The position numbers were made by a program, and so were the translations under genes. Positions 9,973-19,685 of a stretch of 20,834 nucleotides of DNA are shown piece after piece (within the stretch, counting starts at the first letter, position 1; each line of letters starts with the position of its first letter). A model generated the notes under the pieces. It was not told where the DNA came from. It saw nothing but the letters and a program-made list of their open reading frames with translations, and searched no databases. Origin of the DNA: Paraglomus brasilianum (Eukaryota); assembly GCA_910592345.1 (NCBI GenBank), contig CAJVPI010000024.1, positions 62,001 through 82,834 on the forward strand, given 5' to 3'.

Positions 9973-10977
9973 CTACACTCTTTCTAATACAGTCTCCCAC
10001 ATAGCACCACCTTCACCAAACAGAGTCTGCTTCTTAGCTGGCTGAGCGACATATGCTCTTTCTCTTTCCGATTCAATCGCCTTATCTTCTTCGTTTCCAT
10101 TTATCTCTCTTTCTAATCTTTTATCTCCTTCAATCATACTAGCTCTATAAGACTTTCTTTGACTTCGTGTTAAACTCTTTCCGCTCTCCCTCCTTGCCAA
10201 CTCCGGGTTCCATGATTTTCTATTGGAATTCCTCATCGTTTCCTTTACTTCTCCTTTATCGGCATCTGGATTCGTTTCTCGTTGTTTGAGGGACGATAAC
10301 AGCTTTGAGCGTCGTTGCTCGCGAGTGGTTGGAGAGCTTGGTAGGACGGATACGTCTGTGGATCGAGGAGATATATTGACAATCCATGATTTACGTGCTT
10401 CTCTTTTTTGTTCTATTCCATCAAGCCATTGTTTCCTCTGATCGCGTTGTTGTTCTAGTCCCTCCAACCATTGTTTTGTTTTGCTGTTTCTATTGCTTTC
10501 TCTCTCATTACCCCATTTCTTGACTGCGTTTTTTGGTAATCTGACACTGCTATGTCTTTCGACTTGAGTCTTGCGATCCCAGGTAGGTATATCTGCATCC
10601 TTTGAATTGTATGTAGCCTTGTTATGAGATTGTGTTGGGAATAGCAAATCACGGGCTGGGAGCATAGTGACGCCTTTTTCATTAACCGCAATTTTTCCAT
10701 CTCTTGTGAGAGTTGAGTATGGCGAGATTGCTCTGCGCCTACGGCGGTTACGGTAAAAGCAGAGGGTCGAAATGAGAGCAAAAACGCTGATAACTGTGCC
10801 GACGACAAAGAAAATAAAGGATTGTTTGGACATGTTCAATGGATACGTGTGGGCCTTTCCTGATGCTGTGTGGCCATCACTATTATTACCGTTAGATTCT
10901 TGACATGTTGAATAAGTAATTAAGAAACACGTGACAATTAATAAAGTAGTTTTCATTTTGATAGAGTAGTTTGTCAT
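9973..10977 (-). CDS. Uncharacterised type-I single-pass membrane protein (334 aa; may start at the second Met, MKTT)
   Basis: Long ORF with a signal-peptide-like MKTTLLIVTCFLITYSTC|QE, a ~30-aa ectodomain, TM SFIFFVVGTVISVFALISTLCFY, stop-transfer RNRRRRR and a ~250-aa charged cytoplasmic tail. Confidence 0.8.
   Translation of the reverse strand: MTNYSIKMKTTLLIVTCFLITYSTCQESNGNNSDGHTASGKAHTYPLNMSKQSFIFFVVGTVISVFALISTLCFYRNRRRRRAISPYSTLTRDGKIAVNEKGVTMLPARDLLFPTQSHNKATYNSKDADIPTWDRKTQVERHSSVRLPKNAVKKWGNERESNRNSKTKQWLEGLEQQRDQRKQWLDGIEQKREARKSWIVNISPRSTDVSVLPSSPTTREQRRSKLLSSLKQRETNPDADKGEVKETMRNSNRKSWNPELARRESGKSLTRSQRKSYRASMIEGDKRLEREINGNEEDKAIESERERAYVAQPAKKQTLFGEGGAMWETVLERV
10381..10476 (-). 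repeat. Coding imperfect tandem repeat, 42-nt/14-aa period
   Basis: KQWLEGLEQQRDQR / KQWLDGIEQKREAR / KSWI; DNA units begin AAACAATGG, AAACAATGG, AAATCATGG. Confidence 0.8.
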
Positions 10978-11317
10978 CTGTTAATACATTTGCAGTTTGG
11001 AGAGTGTCGTAAAAAGTGCTCTGATCTGATATTTAGATTTAAATCGTTTCCTTTTCGTAGTGCCTTTGCTAATAATACTTTTGCCGTTCAATGTACATTT
11101 ATATTCACTTAGGCGGCGAGAACGATAATCACTCTTATAGTAAACCCAGTATAAAAATCGATTCAGCCAGTTGTACTATAAACGCTGATGCTGCGTTGTG
11201 TTCTTGGGTTCTCAAGTCGGTGAGCGGATGAGATAAGAGCTCGGCCCTGCTGTTTGCACTATGGATACGGACGGTGAACAGGCAAAGGGTGGGATCTGTG
11301 TTGGAGCGGATAGATCA

Positions 11318-11325
11318 TTTATATA
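11318..11325 (-). promoter_or_regulatory. Candidate TATA box of the type-I membrane protein gene
   Basis: TATATAAA on the minus strand, ~340 bp upstream of the ATG at 10977. Confidence 0.4.
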
Positions 11326-11636
11326 TGAGGGACAAATGACTGCATGAGTGTATTAATGGAATGAAACGAATAAATAAGGTAAATTGTAATTACATGGGGA
11401 TAAGCGGGTATTTGGTAGTGTAATATGAGTGTAATATTAAGTTGAAGCTTGTACGGAAATTAATAATAATAATGACAAACAAAATATACAGCTGAAAATA
11501 GACGAAACGGGTGAGCGTGTGGTTGATTAAAATGGTAAATATACATGCAAGCAATATTGTATTAGCTAATCTGCAATGCACGCACCATTTATTACTCGAG
11601 ATTAATATATTTGGTGTTTGTTCTATTTATATCCGG

Positions 11637-11674
11637 TATTGTATTTATTGTATTTATTGTATTTGTATTGTATT
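11637..11674 (+). repeat. Short imperfect tandem repeat (TATTGTATT)n
   Basis: tattgtatttattgtatttattgtatttgtattgtatt read directly. Confidence 0.8.
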
Positions 11675-12115
11675 CATTTTATTATTTTTCGGATTCGGCA
11701 TTAAAGAGCAAGTATGACTGCTATATAAAATCTCACTCGGGCATCGAACCAAATCCAACACATGCTCCTTATTTTCGTCCATGACGAAAGTTCATATATA
11801 GAATGATTGCGAATATATATTTGGCGTTAATTGTACCTTGTCTTTATCGTAACCGGATAGCTTGCTCAAACATGCAAGACGATAATTACCTGCAGCTAGT
11901 ATTGGTGTGTTTCTCTATGTGGCATAAACCGACCAATTATCGCCCAAACTGTCAGTGTGATATGGGACATGTGTGATTTTAAGTACATTTGTTTGTTTGT
12001 TGGAAAGAACATGGGTGACGAACGGCTATTTCTTGATAGCGTCCGAGTGGAATAGGCTATTTGTAATGACTTGTCAGATTGTTCTGTTTGTGACAATTTG
12101 TGATTATGACAATTC

Positions 12116-12141
12116 AAGGTCATGAAGGTCATGAAGGTCAT
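12116..12141 (+). repeat. 9-bp tandem repeat (AAGGTCATG)x~3
   Basis: aaggtcatg aaggtcatg aaggtcat read directly. Confidence 0.85.
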
Positions 12142-12662
12142 TGCAAACCACAGAGTGCTCGGGGTAAGCGCTGTGACGTCTGTCTTGCTTTATTCGTTCC
12201 CAGAACTTCACATGAATTCAAATATATAATAATTATTAATAGTAATATAATGCCGCAACCCGTGACTACTGTAATTTTATTCTTAGTAAAACAAATTAAT
12301 TGGCTTATCATAACAACTACTCAATAACGCTTGGCTGTGCAACTGGTGAAACGACAGTGACTTGCAGGTTGATGTCCACAATTCGAGTATCCCAACATAC
12401 ATGCGCCACCTTTATTCTACAGGTATCCAAACCGTCATGATGCATCTACAATGATAAGTTTACCGCAGCCGACATGAATATGTAGGAGAAACTATATATA
12501 GTTAACCAACGTCATGGCTTATAGATGATTGAGACTGCAGCTACAATTAGATTTCGGCCATTCTCACTGAACTCGTAGCTGAACTAGATTTCTTTCACCG
12601 ATTAGCCAACGGTTTTTAATTCGTTGACACAAAATGAATATTATTCTCACAAAAAACGTTAT

Positions 12663-14210
12663 CTATATTAAGGTAGCATGGTTCAACCCATTTGTTAATC
12701 GATAATTAACAACCATGAAACAGAATTTTTGTGTTCTCTTCTTTGTGCTCTCTTTGTCGGCTATTCGGAATAAAAGATTTTTGGTCATTGGACCATATAC
12801 TGACATATTACTGTCTTTATTAAGAACTCTCAAAATCTGTTTATCACATGAAGTCACGAAAGGAGAAACAAATTGCCTGGGTGTGCCGTGCTTTTGGTTT
12901 CGTTTCACGAATCCGATGGTTACTTCCAATTCGTAATAACGAAAACATTTCCCCCGTTTTTGTAACTGTCCCTTAACATTGTCCAGTTCCAGCAAATCCT
13001 AATGTGGAAAATGAAGAGTACCGCAGATATTTCCTGTGCTTGAGCGTATCACAGAGTGTTCATTTTTTTTTAGCTCCAGTTCCAGACAACCATACGAGCG
13101 CGGGCTCACAGGCTGCCTTGGATATAATGTTGTTTCGGAGTTTATCATAATTTAACTATGCGGTATATCGTAATCGTTATTAAAGAGTACTACTAAGCTC
13201 ATCATAGTGTACACTCCTAATAAGGACGAAAATTTTAGGGCCTGATTATTGTTACTGTCAACAACAAGATACTCCAGCTTAAGTACAATTTTAACTCTTT
13301 AAATTCTAAAATTGCCGTTTAATTGCAGCAATTAATTAAAGCTTATGTCAATTCGGTGAACGATTTTATTAGTATATCTATTTGCTCGTGGCGATTTTTT
13401 AAGGCAAACAAAATAGAGGAAACCTCTTTTATTAATTACTAATATATTTGACTCTTGCGCTTAAGCGTTCTAAAAGTTCATTACACGGCAAAGCCTTATC
13501 AACCAAATTTTGTTTAGCCTCCGACTAAGCGAGTTCTTAACTCTCCATCCACGATAATAAGAGGTGATAAACTATGAAGATTTCCTATTTAATATTTTGC
13601 GAGATTGTCGTGCCAACTGATGCAAGAGAGTTGACCTTGAGATTTAGCTCGTTGCTTAGCCTTAACTCTGAGAAGCTTTCTCTTCAAACGTTATTCCCAG
13701 CTCACGTCAAATGGGTCTGGCTCAGATACTGTAAGTCTGGTTCACAAGGAAATCTAAATTCTCGTCCCCCTATTAAATTCCAATTTGGTTAGTGTGAATG
13801 CGCGCGCTTTCCAATTTTTAAAATAACCACAAATAAAATCCCATTGATACGACGAAGGAAGCAAATATTCTTATCGTTTGCCGTTTGGCTTTGGTTGTAG
13901 TGCATTAATCTTTCTCTTCGTTCTTCTATCCAAAAATTCTGTAATAAATGCTTCCTTAAAGTTTGCTTCTTAGTTGACACACTTGTTATCATGTTTGTAA
14001 GGTAATTGCTAGGGCTAAGCAAATTCTTGCTAACTTGTATACTTTTTAAACAAGTTAATTTAACAAACTAACTGATCAAATCTGCTGCTGTACGCAATGG
14101 TAGAAAAGCTACTAGTGGTCCTAATTGTGCTTGAACTGGGAATAGTAATAGAAATAGTAGAATAATGAGTCGATTGAATTTTTTCACTTTTTAGTTCTGA
14201 TATCCGTCAT
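12663..14210 (-). pseudogene. Unidentified degraded coding relic beginning with a signal-peptide-like segment
   Basis: (M/V)KKFNRLIILLFLLLFPVQAQLGPLVAFLP at ~14187-14100. A minus frame from ~13300 to 12663 (~210 codons) has only two internal stops. Family not recognised. Confidence 0.3.
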
Positions 14211-14599
14211 ATATCTTTCTCACTAAACTAGTGAAAGTCGGCTAAATATAAACAGTGAGGGTTATCCACGTGATATGGGGCATGCTGTAGACAAAATAAA
14301 CATTCTATTATGTGATATAAATGAGATGCTGATGTGGCCAAAAGTTGACTAATCTGACTAGTAGCATTTATGCAGTAAACTTCCATTACTATCTAAAAAT
14401 TATAATAGAATTACGTATATATATAAAAATATAAATATCAAATTAATTTATATCAAATTGACTATGGAACCTAAAAACTACAGCATAATTAGAAGCATTC
14501 TAAAGAAAGCTCAAGGAGAAAAAATTGCGCCTTGTTATTATGTTTTTAAAATCAATAATACCCAAACTCTCCAGAATTATCTAGATCAAGAAAAAATCA

Positions 14600-15360
14600 C
14601 TTATTATGTTGTTACTGTCAAGACTTGATCAGCCACATATAGCAAGTCAAATTCTCTGCTGATATTGGTATTGTTCATGGAACTGTCAACCTGACATGCA
14701 GATTTATGTTTTGTCAATTATGTAATAGTAATGATGTTAGCTTTTTACAATGATTTTGATAAATGGCAAAGACAAATCTCATTAATGTCTCTACAACAGC
14801 ATAATGATAACCAAACATATATTGAAGATTTCCAAAATAGATAGGGCTCCATTACCATGTCTGCAGTTTTGAGTGTAGCTCTTGCTCACACATTGAAAGA
14901 TCTTCCACTGCCTCCTTTCAATACCAATACTAAATGCATCCAACATAACAAGTATGGCCTCTTTAAAGGTACTGTTGCTGTGGATTTGTCATATTTGTCA
15001 TGATCAAAATGAAGAGTGATGTTGAAGGATGGAGAAGCAGTCTCACAGTCTCAATGGGGAACTTGACTAATGTGTCCCATGTGAAGTGTCTGGCAGCTTC
15101 TGAACCTGATGGTGATTGTGCTTTGATTGTATTTTCGAAAAGTAAAAGGTAACACAATTCTGGTGAAATGCTTTCTCAACTTGGTGCAACATGTGATCTA
15201 ATGTGTACCAGATTAAGATCACTTGCTCCCTAATACTAATGCTAACTGAAATCAGTTTGGTTGGTGGCCTCTCATATCTCTTTGACAGCCCTGCAGTTCA
15301 TTAATAGTGGGGAAGTTATGAAACTCTGGAAGGAAAGCTGCATAGTATTGTGGAAAGTCC
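14600..15360 (-). pseudogene. Degraded Crinkler-type REase-like fragment (type usually fused to a kinase)
   Basis: Frameshifted blocks SGSEAARHFTWDTLVKFPIETV, STATVPLKRP(Y)LLCWMHLVLVLKG, WSPIYFGNLQYMFGY and ISREFDLLYVADQV match the CRN REase pattern (..KRPD.L.W....L.LKGEEK...W...Y.G.L.Y..GY). The catalytic D position reads Y; there are many stops and indels. Confidence 0.65.
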
Positions 15361-15362
15361 AA

Positions 15363-15725
15363 GTTTCTATCTAATGCAAATATAAATTTCTTTATTATCA
15401 ATATAACCATCATGTTGATTGAATCCAATTTCCCAACAGCAATTGTGTTATTACATAATTCTCTAAATTTTGTAACTGTATTATGTATCACCATCCCTAC
15501 TTCTACTTCTATAAAGTAGAACAAGTTTATAAACATCATCTTTCTTCATAGTCCTTTGATTCTCTATCTCTTGAAGCTGCCTTGTTATTCCAAAATCTTG
15601 ATGAGATCCATTCTACTTGCTTCTTGTTAATGATAAGTGAATCAACTTCACATCCTTGTCCCATTCTTAGTGGTAACATGCAAATGAGTATATCACAAGC
15701 CCATCTTTTGAGTTCCTCCTCTATT
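15363..15725 (-). pseudogene. Degraded TLDc-domain fragment (BTB-BACK-TLDc family type)
   Basis: Frameshifted blocks VDSLIINKKQVEWISSR, DDVYKLVLLYRS.SRDG, TKFRELCNN.TIAVGK and FIFALDRN correspond to TLDc motifs (DS.II, F.LLYRGSRDG, F...CD.K..T, SFIFS). Confidence 0.75.
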
Positions 15726-15978
15726 ACTATATACTATGTGGATATCAATTAGTTTCCTATGTTGTATTAGATGTTACTTAGTTTAGCATACATGCCCGAA
15801 ATATTATAGGTCACTTGAGGTTTAATTCAGTCTTAATTGTACCAACTATCGTAGTAAGGGTGATAGTGCAAGCTAAGCCTGGTAACATCCCCCAGTCAGC
15901 AAACACACCTATGCAAAAGATAAATCGCTCTCCCAGAACCCATTTCATTCCGCGTTTACATAAAGATCTCCATAATGG

Positions 15979-16212
15979 TTGCACTTCTTTTTTCAACTCG
16001 ATGACTGCATGAATTCCGACTTTGGTCAAACTTCCTTTAACACAATCCTTGTCCACCAGGATAATGTCAGTTCCACCCCAGAGATCATATGGAATTAGTA
16101 GATTGTTATGTATATTGAGAAACTCTTTATTATTATCCTTGGCAACATCAAACATCATTATATCAGGAGGAAGTTTTGGAACGAGATGTTTGGCTCTATA
16201 TTTGGCAAAGTT
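15979..16212 (-). pseudogene. Crinkler-family PD-(D/E)xK nuclease-like fragment
   Basis: KHLVPKLPPDIMMFDVAKDNNKEFLNIHNNLLIPYDLWGGTDIILVDKDCVKGSLTKVGIHAVIELKKEVQ has the typical CRN motif P(F/Y)DL.G(G/T)TD...VIE(L/V)KK. The recognisable sequence stops abruptly after EVQ. Confidence 0.7.
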
Positions 16213-17199
16213 CCTTTATTATTATATTTCACCGATCTCGGTGTGGTTAAGAAATTGTTATTATTTTCTGCCGTCATGCGTTCGTATATTGTGTTGATTT
16301 TGTAATAGCATCCTCGGATAAAGAAGCTGAAAGCAACAAATGAGAACGTCAGTAACGGAAAATGAAAAAAAGCATTCCAGCCATAGTAAATAACGTTATC
16401 CCAATAAATTCTAAAGAAGTCCGTACAGTGATCGTTCAGTTCACAGCGGGATAAGGGAATGCACCATTCGTAGATGGAGTTGAGTAGGACGATTGACTTC
16501 CTCAACACGCCGTCGTGTTTAAGTTCCTCATAACAGGGATGAATGATTTGAACGTTGGAATAAAGGTTTATGCCTAAAGAAAACCGTAGTACTATGTTTT
16601 CTTTCAGATTGAGTTCATGATGGTCTAGTGGATTGATGACAAATAATGTAATTGTGAATAGGTATGAATGAAACTAGTTTTACTAGTATTCACACTATTC
16701 TATGTCCCCAACGCCCGAGGCCACTTCCAAAAAGATCTTAGATATGACTCTACTCTACGTCCTCAGCACGTCTAGTAATGCCTTCCAACTATTCTTGCGA
16801 CTCTTGCACGACTCTTGCTCTGTCCCAACCCTAACATTCGAACTATTCTCCCACAATTGTTCCTGCTCTACTTAACTCGTATCTTGCTTATTTGTCTTTC
16901 AAACGAGTTTACTATAACCCAACCGCTGCTACGACTCTGCTCTATCCTATATTACGAACAAGCTTACCTGTCAGAAGCTGTGGTGGCGATGGCAAGTATG
17001 CCTCATACGTCTTGTTTGTATCAGCAAGTACACGCAGAGGCTGTGAATCGTTTCCATTCTCCTCTAGCACTAACGGTAAGATGCGACCGTCGTATTTGAG
17101 GCGCGTCGCATGAGGTCACTTCAAACCATATTGTCCGACTGTTGCCCCTGTGATTGATGTTTGAAACCTGAACGATTCAGCAGTATGAAACTTACGCAA
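16158..17199 (-). pseudogene. Spliced relic, possibly the N-terminal part of a Crinkler-like gene
   Basis: Exon 17199-16968 reads LRKFHTAESFRFQTSITGATVGQ..*..LKYDGRILPLVLEENGNDSQPLRVLADTNKTYEAYLPSPPQLLT, with one TGA at 17118-17116 and no ATG. Donor G|GTAAG at 16967; phase-compatible acceptor TAG|AC at 16625 leads into a frame open to 16158. Confidence 0.4.
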
Positions 17200-17873
17200 T
17201 GTTGGGAGATTTTGTGATTTGATTTTTCTAATAAATTTATTTTATCATTGTCTCTAATGCGGTAATTCTTACTCGAACAGTTATAAAATTTTGTCTCGAT
17301 TATTAACCATAATAAAAGAGTAGCTATTTGTTTATGCTTCTATCTTACGTTTCTTTATTGGTTTGCCATAAGTTGGTGGTAATGTTCGTTTATTATTTAC
17401 TATTTTTCGTTCTTCTTATAAATTTATAAGTGATTTTTTCTTGATCTAGATAGTTTGGGTATCATTGATTTCAAAAACATAAGGCGCAATTTTTTCTCCT
17501 TGAGCTTTCTGTAATTTTTTGGTTCCATAGCGGATTTGATGTAAATTAATTAGACATACTCTTATATGAAGCGTATTAGAAGTTTACTCAATAAAGTTAT
17601 TAAACTGTAATTTACATAAGTTTGTATATACTAAATAAGATACAGCTGTGAGTAATCAACATGTCATTAGTCAAATTAGTTAACTTTCAGCTGCATCGCC
17701 CCATATAAGCTGACCATCGGTTCCTTTGTTCGACGTATTCTGCAAATTATCGTTATCATAACGCAAATCATGGAAGGGACGGTTTGACCCCTGTGATTAT
17801 TTGAAGTTTTGACTGACCAATCGTAGCCGACCCCCCTCGACGTGCAATTAAGTTTGTTGAAATGCACCATCCA

Positions 17874-17879
17874 TATAAA
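17874..17879 (+). promoter_or_regulatory. Candidate TATA box for the upstream exon of the She3-like gene
   Basis: TATAAA ~210 bp upstream of ATG 18090, with CCAAT at ~17817. Confidence 0.35.
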
Positions 17880-18089
17880 GGAGTAACAACGGCAAATCAG
17901 TGATTCTTTACACACTCTCGCTAACTTGCAAACGATAGCCAGTAATTACTTCCTCGCAAAAGCAAGACATTTATGCTATACCAAATAGAAATAGAGAAAT
18001 AGCGAAAGCAAAAGTTCTTATTTATTTTAAACTTCGAAAGACAACAGCCCCTTTCTACAAAACCCAGAACTCAAACCCAAGTGCCATCC

Positions 18090-19598
18090 ATGACCATAGA
18101 CTCAATTGTAAACTCAAGTAGTGAACTAGGTAATGTATCTATACTTGTAAGAGTAAAACAGTGTCTACATTCATGCTGTTTTTAATGGTGTTATTTTTTG
18201 TCTTTGGAAGAACGGGCTGAAATTAAGAGATGGAGGAAAGGTTGTTGTTGGGTAGCGTAAAGTATTAAAGATTATTGGTGGGGGCCTGTAGGTCTTTGAT
18301 ATATGTTACAAGTATTGCATAGGCATGAATGTAAGGCTAACGCTGTTTTCTTTTGTTTATTTATACGCACGATACATATGTCGTCTTTTATTACACGCGC
18401 TGCACTCCAATTACACCATGAACAATCGTCGTAACCAATCCGATGCTGAAACCCATTAATTACATGACGATAATAATATTGTCAATCTGCCCAATCACAC
18501 ATCCTTACTATAAAAACTCATTTACAACCTTTAATCTGCGCAACTATTTGAATATTATTTACGACTCTTAACTTAACTCAACACTTAATAATACACATTC
18601 CTTTGCCCTCCTACTCACATATCGTTAATTCACACTACCATTTTTTGACATTTCCATCCACTATGAACGAAATATCCATCTTCCCTTATCCCAAAGAGGA
18701 CCCAACAAAAGTACACCTGCGACAGCAAGTCGATTCTCTCCGGGCAGACTTGGCTGAGAAGAATGCTTTCATAGCCACAGTTCAAAAACATGTTAACCGA
18801 CAACAGCCTGTTCCTCCTTCTATGGAATCTACGACTGGCCGCGTAATAGAACGGCTGCAGCTTGACATTGATTCGTTAAAAAAAGAACTGTCGGATTCTA
18901 AAAGCCAATTGCAAGTTGCAAGGGTAGCCCGCGAGCGTGCAGAAAGACAGGTACAAGAACACGCACAATCACATCAATCATTTCTATTGGAACTTGATTC
19001 ACTCAAGAGGATATTGGAAAGAAAAGAAAGGCAGGTTAAAGAGTTGGAGCATTCGATAAAGGAAAGCGATCAAAAAAGTATGGATATGAAGTTCGATAGG
19101 GATAATGCAAATACAAAACTCAGACAGACTGAACTAAAAGTGTCGGATCTAGAGCGTAAAGTCCACGAGGCTCTTGCCGCAAAGGAACAAGCCGAGCACG
19201 AGTACTCCCTCTTAACAAAAGAAATGAAGTCCTTCAAACGACGCTATCAAGAAGATGTGGATATCGTCAAGAAAGAATTCGATGAACTGCGTGAACAATT
19301 AAAAACAACCTCTCATTCGCTCGAAGATACTATTCTTATGACTGGAATTCAAGTGGAAGAGTTAACAACGGGTAGAAAGACTGAGCTGTTGGAATTAGAG
19401 CAATTACAGGAGAAATTAAAAGAGAATCAAGAAAATTACGCAAAACAATTCTTGCTGGAAATTGAGAAAATGAAGACTGACGTTGAGAAGAATACACGGT
19501 CGACCGATGAATTTTACCAGGAAGTAGTTAAGATGAGAAGTGAAATTGTGGGCAAGTTGAATTGGTTTACAAAGGTCGCGAATGCTAAGCAAATTTAG
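18090..19598 (+). CDS. She3-like coiled-coil protein; proposed exons 18090-18129 and 18697-19598 (313 aa), alternative single-exon start at ATG 18663
   Basis: Heptad-rich ORF with TGRVIERLQLDIDSLKKEL...ELDSLKRILERKERQVKELE...EYSLLTKEMKSFKRRYQEDVDIVKKEF, resembling She3-family coiled-coil blocks. Upstream exon MTIDSIVNSSSEL+G|GTAATG joins in frame to AAAG|AG GAC CCA. Confidence 0.75.
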
Positions 19599-19619
19599 CG
19601 AGAATTCGGTATTGATAAA

Positions 19620-19685
19620 TGGGATGGATTGGATTGGATTGGATTGGATTGCGTGGGATGGGATTGGATTGGATTGCGTGGGATG
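19620..19685 (+). repeat. Compound (GGATT)n microsatellite with GCGTGGGATG interruptions, in the 3' UTR
   Basis: (ggatt)x5 gcgtgggatg (ggatt)x3 gcgtgggatg, starting ~20 bp after the stop codon. Confidence 0.9.

Noticed and set aside
12116..12141. AGGTCA direct repeats resembling a nuclear-receptor DR3 element
   Set aside because: Fungi lack nuclear receptors; a simple 9-bp slippage repeat explains it.
12663..13140. Vague resemblance to class III viral fusion glycoproteins
   Set aside because: The suggestive words lie in different frames and no conserved cysteine pattern can be aligned.
13560..13790. Two in-frame TGA codons suggesting genetic code 4 (Mollicutes endobacterial origin)
   Set aside because: TAA/TAG stops interrupt the same frame on both sides, so TGA readthrough does not restore a gene; the evidence is insufficient.
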